Part shown: positions 26,372 to 32,918 of the stretch, piece after piece
How the letters are laid out: the number at the start of each line of letters is the position of its first letter
How positions within the stretch are numbered: position 1 is the first letter of the stretch
DNA from: an uncultured virus (IMG/VR IMGVR_UViG_3300022602_000034)
Taxonomy: Duplodnaviria; Heunggongvirae; Uroviricota; Caudoviricetes
Strand: one strand, 5' to 3'
IMG/VR virus record: IMGVR_UViG_3300022602_000034
Length of the DNA stretch: 32,918 bases
Notes under the pieces: generated by a model
What the model saw: only the letters and a program-made list of their open reading frames with translations
What the model was told of the DNA's origin: nothing
Database searches by the model: none
Made by a program: the position numbers and the translations under genes

Positions 26372-26678
26372 TTTCCTTACGTTTCACTACTTCTATGCAG
26401 TTTAGACATATAGTTCTTAGATTAGTCATATTAATATTTTCTAAGTCCCCGTCAATATGAAACACAGTTAGTTGACTAGTGAACAGTCCTTTAAAGCCAC
26501 ATAAATCACATGTGGTTTTTTTCTTGTATCCGCCATTTTGCCAAGATGGTTTTCTTGGTTTAAGTTTATTCTTTTTACGACCACATTCATCACATGTACT
26601 GCGATAGTATGTTTTTTCCTTACGGATATAATTAATCGCACATAGGTTCTTGTTACAAGTCTTGCAGATAGGTCTCAT
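26337..26678 (-). CDS. Small Zn-finger / HNH-like protein
   Basis: CKTC, CDEC, CDLC...FHIDGDLEN...NLRTICLNC. Confidence 0.75.
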   Translation of the reverse strand: MRPICKTCNKNLCAINYIRKEKTYYRSTCDECGRKKNKLKPRKPSWQNGGYKKKTTCDLCGFKGLFTSQLTVFHIDGDLENINMTNLRTICLNCIEVVKRKEITWRRGDLTVD

Positions 26679-26683
26679 ACATA

Positions 26684-26744
26684 TATTTAGTAAAGACCTT
26701 TAAAGGCACGCTAATTGAGTCTTTTTAAAAAATTTCGCTAAATA
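26684..26744. promoter_or_regulatory. Divergent late promoter pair
   Basis: CTAAATA on the minus strand (26684-26690) and on the plus strand (26738-26744). Confidence 0.6.
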
Positions 26745-26797
26745 TCTATACGTACTAGGGCGTTAACCCTCATAATCATAACATAAAGGAAATTAAC

Positions 26798-29700
26798 ATG
26801 GCATTATCATCACCAGGCGTAGAAGTAAATATTATTGACCAAAGTCAATATTTACCGGCAGCCTCAAGTTCAGTTCCGCTATTAATTGTAGCAACTGCAC
26901 AGAATAAAGCAAATGCGACAAGCACTACTGGTGCTGTAGCCGCAGGAACATTACAAGCTAACGCTAACAAACTATATCAAGTATCAAGTCAAAAAGATAT
27001 TCTTACATTATTTGGTAGCCCATTCTTCTATAAAACTTCTAACGGTACTCCTATTCAAGGGTATGAGTTAAATGAATACGGTTTACTGGCCGCATACTCA
27101 TTGATGGGTGTTACAAATGGTTGTTATATTCTACGTGCAGACGTTGATTTAGGAACATTAGTAGGTACATTGAATCGTCCTGTTGGTCAACCAGCAGCAG
27201 GTTCATACTGGTTGAATACTACATCTAGCGCATGGGGAATTTTTGAATTCAATGCAACTACTGGATCATTTAATGCAGTAACTCCTATCGTCATCACTGA
27301 TACTGCATATATTGATACAAATACAGGTTATCCTATGCAAAGTGTTGGATCTATTGGATCATATGCTGTGTTGCCTGATCAAATTACATCTGGTAAGGCA
27401 TATAATGCAGGTACTTATTTCTATAAGACTTATACAAATACATGGGAACTTTTAGGGTCACAAGGATGGAAAGCAGGTATTCCAACACTTACATGTTCAG
27501 CAAGCAATCCAGCTTTAACTTCAGGGTCATTTACAATTAACGTAAATGGTCAAGTAACTCGTACTATTACTATTTCGGGTAGTGATAGTGTTACTAGTGT
27601 TGCAGGATATATCAATGGTTTAAGCATTGGTGATTTGTCTGCACGTGTTGATGGTTCAGGCAGATTAGTAATTAGTCTATCAAGTGGTCGTTCTAATGCA
27701 CACATAACTCTAACTGATGTATCAAATACACCTTCAAGTCAATTAGGTTTTGTTTCTGGTCAATACTATTATGGTGCAGATACTGTATTTGCTCCAAGTT
27801 CAGGTATGCCATTATGGACAACTAGTCAAGCAACTCCTCACCCAACTGGTTCTGTTTGGATCAAAACAAGTGCTAGTGGTTCAGGATTGGATACTGTATT
27901 GAGTCAATATAGTTCATCATCTGAATCATTTACTAGCATTGCTGTAAATACATTTGATACATTGAACACTGCTTTGCCAGGATTAGATTTGACCGGTGGA
28001 CAATCAATTCCAGCAGGAACTGTAGTTCAAATTACCGGTGATACTACAATTGGACCTGCAGGATTACTTTACTATGTAAGAAATGCAACTGGGCCTACAG
28101 TTTCTATTGGTACACAAACAGCTTTTAGTGTCTCAGCTCCAGGCAAATCATTGAATGTTGTAGTAACAACACCTGGTGTAAACACATTTGCTCAGTATTA
28201 TACTGTTGCATTAACAGGTAAGAGTTCAGGTAGCTATAGTGCTGAAGATTTTGTAATTGCTTGGCAAGCTGCAAATATTCCTAATACAGCGGCATCATTA
28301 GGTGCTGCTGGTGAAGTTATTCTAACTCACACATTGGGTGGCGATATCATCTTAAGTGACATTGGTTCTACTGGTATTTCTAATGGTTTTATTAATGAAT
28401 TGGGTTATACTTTTGGAACAAATTCTGTACCTCAAGTACAATCATATACAAACAATGCTCCTACACATACTAACTCAACTAGCGGTGGTGCAACTTCTGC
28501 AACATTCGTAATTACAAATAACGGTAGCTACTATTCATATACACTAGTTTCAGGTACAGCGTCAGGTGGTCATAGTTATCAAGTTGGTGATTTATTGACA
28601 TTTAACGGTTCTGAATTAGGTGGGGTAAACACTGTAAATGATTTAGTATTGAGCGTTCAAACAGTTAGCGGTGATAACATCACATCTGTTGCTTACTATT
28701 CAGGTACACCAAAACCTAACTACGCTACAAGATTGAGTAACTGGTCTGAGTTGTATTTTACAGCTAGCCTAGGTGCTCCAGCAACTGCACCAGCAGATGG
28801 AACAACATGGTTCTATTCAACTGCAAGTCAAGTTGATATCATGGTCAATAAGAACGGTGTATGGAAGGGTTATGGTAACGTAGCATTTGACAGCAACGGA
28901 CATCCAGCAGTTTCAGGCTCAACTGGACAAACAAACCCATCAGGTATTATCGTATCAACAGTAGCTCCCGTAACACAACTAAATGGTAACAGTTTAGTTT
29001 GGGGTGATCTATGGTTAGATTCTAGTGATTTAGAAAATTATCCAATGATTAGTCGTTGGCAAGCTGTCAATGGAACAAATCAATGGGTATCAATTGATAA
29101 TACTGACCAAACAAGTCATAGTGGTATTTTGTTTGCAGACGCACGTTGGGGAATAGATGGTAGTGTTAATCCTATCAGTGATCCATATGCATCTATTGCA
29201 AGTCTATGGACAAGTGATTATCTAGACCTAGATGCTCCTGATGCTACATTGTATCCACAGGGTATGTTGTTGTTTAACACACGCCGTTCAGGGTACAATG
29301 TCAAGAAATTTGTTACTAACTATTTCACAAATAGCAACTTCTCTGGCGCTGGTTCATTTGATGCAGGATCTCCTGCAACTATCGGAAATCTACCACAATA
29401 CTCATATACTTGGGTATCAGCAAGTGGATTGAAAGATGACGGATCAGCATATATGGGTCGCAAGGCACAGCGTGTTATGATTGTTAAAGCATTGAAAACT
29501 GCTATTAACACTAACATGAGCATTCGTGAAGAAGATACATTCTTCAACTTGATTGCTTGCCCGGGATATCCTGAATTACAACCAGATATGGTTACATTGA
29601 ACAATGACCGTAACAACACAGCTTACGTCTTGGGCGACACACCTATGCGTTTACCTGACGATGAAACTGCAATCACAAATTGGGCAACCAATGCAATGAC

Positions 29701-30406
29701 AGTTGCTGGTACAGGAGAAGATGGTTTAGTTACACGTGACGAATATATGGGTATCTTCTATCCAAGTGGTTTAACAACAGACTTGACCGGTGCAAGTGTT
29801 GTAGTTCCAGCAAGTCATATGATGTTGCGTACATTCTTACAGAATGATGCTGTATCTTACCCTTGGTTGGCTGCTGCTGGTACACGCCGTGGTACAATCA
29901 CTAATGCAACAGCAATTGGATATATTGATGCTGCAACAGGGGAGTTCATCTCTATCAAGAACCGTCAAACAGTTCGTGATGCGTTGTACACTAACCAAAT
30001 CAACCCATTAGCATACTTTAGCGGTGTTGGTTTGTTGAATTATGGTAACAAGTCTAGTTATGAATCAAACACATCACTAGATCGTACAAACGTAGGTCGT
30101 TTAGTGGCATATATTCGCTACAAACTACAAACTGCAACTCGTCCGTTCGTATTTGAACCAAACGATGCATTAACTCGTAGTCAAGTAGCAGGTGTTGTTC
30201 AATCATTGTTTGTTGACTTAGTTGGCAAGCGTGGTCTATATGACTATATCGTTGTTTGTGATGAAACAAACAATACACCAGCAAGAATTGATGCAAATGA
30301 ACTTTGGATTGATGTTGCGATTGAGCCGGTAAAAGCTGCTGAGTTCATCTATATTCCAGTTAGAATTGTGAATACAGGTGGCATTGCTGGACTAGCAAAA
30401 GCATAA
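26798..30406 (+). CDS. gp18: Contractile tail sheath protein with large insertions
   Basis: MALSSPGVEV N-terminus; C-terminal PWLAAAGTRRG, NQINP, RTNVGRL, FVFEPND, CDETNNT, IEPVKAAEFIYIP. Confidence 0.95.
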   Translation: MALSSPGVEVNIIDQSQYLPAASSSVPLLIVATAQNKANATSTTGAVAAGTLQANANKLYQVSSQKDILTLFGSPFFYKTSNGTPIQGYELNEYGLLAAYSLMGVTNGCYILRADVDLGTLVGTLNRPVGQPAAGSYWLNTTSSAWGIFEFNATTGSFNAVTPIVITDTAYIDTNTGYPMQSVGSIGSYAVLPDQITSGKAYNAGTYFYKTYTNTWELLGSQGWKAGIPTLTCSASNPALTSGSFTINVNGQVTRTITISGSDSVTSVAGYINGLSIGDLSARVDGSGRLVISLSSGRSNAHITLTDVSNTPSSQLGFVSGQYYYGADTVFAPSSGMPLWTTSQATPHPTGSVWIKTSASGSGLDTVLSQYSSSSESFTSIAVNTFDTLNTALPGLDLTGGQSIPAGTVVQITGDTTIGPAGLLYYVRNATGPTVSIGTQTAFSVSAPGKSLNVVVTTPGVNTFAQYYTVALTGKSSGSYSAEDFVIAWQAANIPNTAASLGAAGEVILTHTLGGDIILSDIGSTGISNGFINELGYTFGTNSVPQVQSYTNNAPTHTNSTSGGATSATFVITNNGSYYSYTLVSGTASGGHSYQVGDLLTFNGSELGGVNTVNDLVLSVQTVSGDNITSVAYYSGTPKPNYATRLSNWSELYFTASLGAPATAPADGTTWFYSTASQVDIMVNKNGVWKGYGNVAFDSNGHPAVSGSTGQTNPSGIIVSTVAPVTQLNGNSLVWGDLWLDSSDLENYPMISRWQAVNGTNQWVSIDNTDQTSHSGILFADARWGIDGSVNPISDPYASIASLWTSDYLDLDAPDATLYPQGMLLFNTRRSGYNVKKFVTNYFTNSNFSGAGSFDAGSPATIGNLPQYSYTWVSASGLKDDGSAYMGRKAQRVMIVKALKTAINTNMSIREEDTFFNLIACPGYPELQPDMVTLNNDRNNTAYVLGDTPMRLPDDETAITNWATNAMTVAGTGEDGLVTRDEYMGIFYPSGLTTDLTGASVVVPASHMMLRTFLQNDAVSYPWLAAAGTRRGTITNATAIGYIDAATGEFISIKNRQTVRDALYTNQINPLAYFSGVGLLNYGNKSSYESNTSLDRTNVGRLVAYIRYKLQTATRPFVFEPNDALTRSQVAGVVQSLFVDLVGKRGLYDYIVVCDETNNTPARIDANELWIDVAIEPVKAAEFIYIPVRIVNTGGIAGLAKA

Positions 30407-30412
30407 GTAAAT

Positions 30413-30447
30413 ATCCCCCGGAGACGGGGGATTACTTGAGATAAATA
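30413..30447 (+). promoter_or_regulatory. GNRA hairpin after the sheath gene, followed by late promoter GATAAATA
   Basis: ATCCCCCG-GAGA-CGGGGGAT at 30413-30432; box at 30440-30447. Confidence 0.7.
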
Positions 30448-30466
30448 TATAATAGGAGAATAAAAT

Positions 30467-31096
30467 ATGGCAACAGCCTCACAATCACTGTTCAATATGA
30501 CCGTTGCATCAGATGCGTCTAGCAACAACCAGGGTCTATTGATGCCTAAGTTGCAATTTCGTTTCAGAGCATTGTTCTTAAACTTTGGTACCGGTGGTGC
30601 TACAACAGAATTGACTAAGCAAGTTATGGACATACAACGTCCTCAAGTTCAGTTTGACGAAGTTACATTAGATGTATACAACAGCAAAGTATATCTAGCT
30701 GGTAAACATGCTTGGCAAGAAACTCAAATTAACTTGCGTGACGATGCACAAGGTAATGTAAGTAAACTAATTGGTCAACAACTACAGAAGCAAATGGACT
30801 TTGTTGAGCAAGCTAGTGCTGCTACAGGTCAAGACTACAAGTTCCAAATCAACTATGAAATACTTGACGGTGGTAACGGTACATTGACACCAAACGTATT
30901 AGAAACATGGGAATTGTATGGTTGCTTCATTAAAACAGCTAACTATAACAATATGGACTACAAAACAAGCGATGCAGCAACTATTCAGTTGTCAATTCGT
31001 TTTGATAATGCAATTCAATCTCCACTTGGTTCTGGTCTTGGTACTCAAGTTGGTCGTGCTTTTGGTGGCTCATCAGTTACTGGTATCGGTGCTTAA
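30467..31096 (+). CDS. gp19: Tail tube protein
   Basis: Follows the sheath; PKLQFRFR, YLAGKHAW, WELYGCF, LSIRFDNA; AGGAG SD. Confidence 0.88.
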   Translation: MATASQSLFNMTVASDASSNNQGLLMPKLQFRFRALFLNFGTGGATTELTKQVMDIQRPQVQFDEVTLDVYNSKVYLAGKHAWQETQINLRDDAQGNVSKLIGQQLQKQMDFVEQASAATGQDYKFQINYEILDGGNGTLTPNVLETWELYGCFIKTANYNNMDYKTSDAATIQLSIRFDNAIQSPLGSGLGTQVGRAFGGSSVTGIGA

Positions 31097-31111
31097 TAAA
31101 GCGAGTTATTA

Positions 31112-32272
31112 ATGTCTGGTTTTATTGAAAATTTATTAACTGACACGGGTAAGGCATTTTTTGGTAATGAATACTTGCGTGATTTTCAACACGCAAGTAA
31201 AGTATTCAGAACTAATAACTATGCCTATTCTCCTAAGTTCAAGTTTTTATTTCATGTTTACTTTGATGTAAATCAGTCTATTAAAAACTCATTACTTAAT
31301 TGGCCAGATGATGGTAATTTTGGATTGGCTGTAAAAACTGTACAGCTACCTAAATATACATTTGATCTAACAACACTAAATCAATATAATCGTAAAAGAG
31401 TTGTACAAACAAAAATTAGGTACGACCCGATTAGTATTTCATTCCATGATGATACTGCGAACTACATTCGTAAGTTATGGTTTGCATACTATTCATATTA
31501 CTATAAAGATCCAACACAGATAGGTAATGTACCTACTACTGCATCATATGGTAGTACTACTCAACAACAGTTTGACTTAAATGCACGTAATCTTTATAAC
31601 GGAGATATTACCGGTGATGCTGATTGGGGCTATATAGGTGAATCTCAATCAAATGCTGGAAGTAAAATTCCATTCTTTAACTCTATTAAAATTTACGGTT
31701 TCAACCAACATAACTTTGCGATGTATCAAATTATCAATCCTATGATTGAAAGTTTTTCACATGACACGTATAACTATGCTGAAGGTAATGGAACTATGGA
31801 AAATACTATGACATTGAACTACGAAACTGTCAAGTATTATGAAGGAGCTATTGATGGTAAAACGCCTAATCTACGTGTGCCTGAATTTGGTGAAGACGCA
31901 CACTATGACACTACGTTGAGTCCAATCGCAAGACCTGGATCAAATGCTACTATCTTGGGTCAAGGTGGTTTAGTATCAGCGGTTGGTGGAGTTATGCAAG
32001 ATTTATCTGACGGTAATATTTTTGGTGCAATTCAAAAATCTGGTGCTGCATTACAAACATTTAAGAATCCTCAAAATATTCTAAACATTGCTAAAGGTGA
32101 AGTGCTAAATGCTGCGGCAGGAGCATTACAAAATACACCAAACAGAAACAACATATTTCAATTCCCAACAGCAGATTCAACTGTTATTAAGAACAATGTT
32201 CCTGGATTTGGAGGTGTTCCTCTATCTTCACCTGCAAGAGTAAATACAATTAACGTTCCACCTGCGGTATAA
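31112..32272 (+). CDS. Tail-tube-like baseplate / tube initiator protein (gp48/gp54-like)
   Basis: PKFKFLFHVYF, VKTVQLPK, YDPISISFHDD, MTLNYE parallel the tube fold; position after the tube gene. Confidence 0.6.
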   Translation: MSGFIENLLTDTGKAFFGNEYLRDFQHASKVFRTNNYAYSPKFKFLFHVYFDVNQSIKNSLLNWPDDGNFGLAVKTVQLPKYTFDLTTLNQYNRKRVVQTKIRYDPISISFHDDTANYIRKLWFAYYSYYYKDPTQIGNVPTTASYGSTTQQQFDLNARNLYNGDITGDADWGYIGESQSNAGSKIPFFNSIKIYGFNQHNFAMYQIINPMIESFSHDTYNYAEGNGTMENTMTLNYETVKYYEGAIDGKTPNLRVPEFGEDAHYDTTLSPIARPGSNATILGQGGLVSAVGGVMQDLSDGNIFGAIQKSGAALQTFKNPQNILNIAKGEVLNAAAGALQNTPNRNNIFQFPTADSTVIKNNVPGFGGVPLSSPARVNTINVPPAV

Positions 32273-32274
32273 TT

Positions 32275-32637
32275 ATGGCAACAATTATTGATTCTCCAAG
32301 AACACAACTTGACAACACAGTGAGGTTGTTTGATAATTTTTATAATTTTGATTTGGTAGTTGATGCCAATCAATATGAAATCGTTCATTCATTTTTTTAT
32401 GAAATGACAAAGAACAAAAATTCTACTGATAACTTTACATTATTAATTTTTAGAATTGCTACATTGTCAGGTGAAAATCCATTGAATTTAATTAACTACT
32501 TAAACGGTAAGACAAATTTAGAAATTAACTCAATACTAGCCTATTACTTAAATAGTGCAAAAAGCAAAACAAGTTTGTATGGTGTAAGTTCAACACCGCA
32601 ACCTAATCAAAACGTTCAACGAAATATAGTTTTATAA
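32275..32637 (+). CDS. Hypothetical protein
   Basis: 120-aa ORF in the tail operon. Confidence 0.75.
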   Translation: MATIIDSPRTQLDNTVRLFDNFYNFDLVVDANQYEIVHSFFYEMTKNKNSTDNFTLLIFRIATLSGENPLNLINYLNGKTNLEINSILAYYLNSAKSKTSLYGVSSTPQPNQNVQRNIVL

Positions 32638-32918
32638 TGGCTAAGTATGCACAAGGTCAATTTACGCCTACTAATCCACAAAAATATATAGGCAAAAATA
32701 AGCCTAAATATCGTAGTGGTTGGGAGTTTACCTTTATGCAATTTTGTGACCGAAATGACAGTGTATTGCAATGGGCAAGCGAATCAGTTTCGGTGCCATA
32801 CCGCAGTCCATTAGACGGTAAGATGCACAATTATATACCTGACTTTATCGTAATCTATCAAAACAAGTTTGGCAAGCAAATTGCTGAAATGGTAGAAATC
32901 AAACCAAAGAAACAAAGT
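32637..32918 (+). CDS. gp4: Head completion nuclease (T4 gp4-like, TnsA-type), truncated by the window end
   Basis: Manual translation MAKYAQGQFTPTNPQKYIG...YRSGWE..FM..CD...WASE...PY...YIPDF...EIKPKKQ. Confidence 0.9.
   Translation, partial: MAKYAQGQFTPTNPQKYIGKNKPKYRSGWEFTFMQFCDRNDSVLQWASESVSVPYRSPLDGKMHNYIPDFIVIYQNKFGKQIAEMVEIKPKKQS

Noticed and set aside
175..32388. Many short antisense or alternate-frame ORFs in the track (e.g. 1753-2070, 4555-4983, 13273-13662, 24466-24789, 29320-29619)
   Set aside because: They overlap well-supported genes, and have no motifs or expression signals, so they are treated as shadow ORFs.
1..32918. Stop-codon reassignment, since none of the complete accepted genes ends in TAG
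   Set aside because: Genes are full length under the standard code with no in-frame TAG or TGA, and TAG is commonly rare in AT-rich phages.

Overview
AT-rich, gene-dense segment of a large T4-like (contractile-tailed) phage genome, probably an environmental jumbo myovirus. Left to right it holds: an array of small paralogous ORFs ending in F-x-L-R-W; a DEDDh exonuclease; a miniature DnaE-like protein; an HNH nuclease; primase and DnaB-like helicase; probable head and core proteins; a PD-(D/E)XK exonuclease; a tail-fibre-like protein; an S53 sedolisin protease; a Thr/Gly-rich virion protein; a Nudix hydrolase; gp15- and gp14-like proteins; an early operon ending in MazG and a restriction-like nuclease; a ~430 bp structured non-coding gap; gp13; a GNAT-GNAT-ParB polyprotein; a 100-N assembly gap; dNMP kinase; a second HNH; tail sheath, tail tube, a tube-initiator-like protein and a truncated gp4. 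T4-late-like (G/C/T/A)ATAAATA or CTAAATA boxes precede most structural units, and sigma70-type promoters precede replication and early genes. The most interesting observations are: (1) a stand-alone copy of the major capsid Gol peptide region fused to a small paralog domain, a possible capsid decoy; (2) a candidate large structured ncRNA directly after an orphan PD-(D/E)XK nuclease; (3) a modular polyprotein with a capsid-targeting-like N-terminus and repeated linkers; (4) a 194-aa DnaE core; (5) an S53 protease lacking its prodomain; (6) a recurring leaderless promoter geometry. All family calls come from motif recognition by eye, not from database searches.
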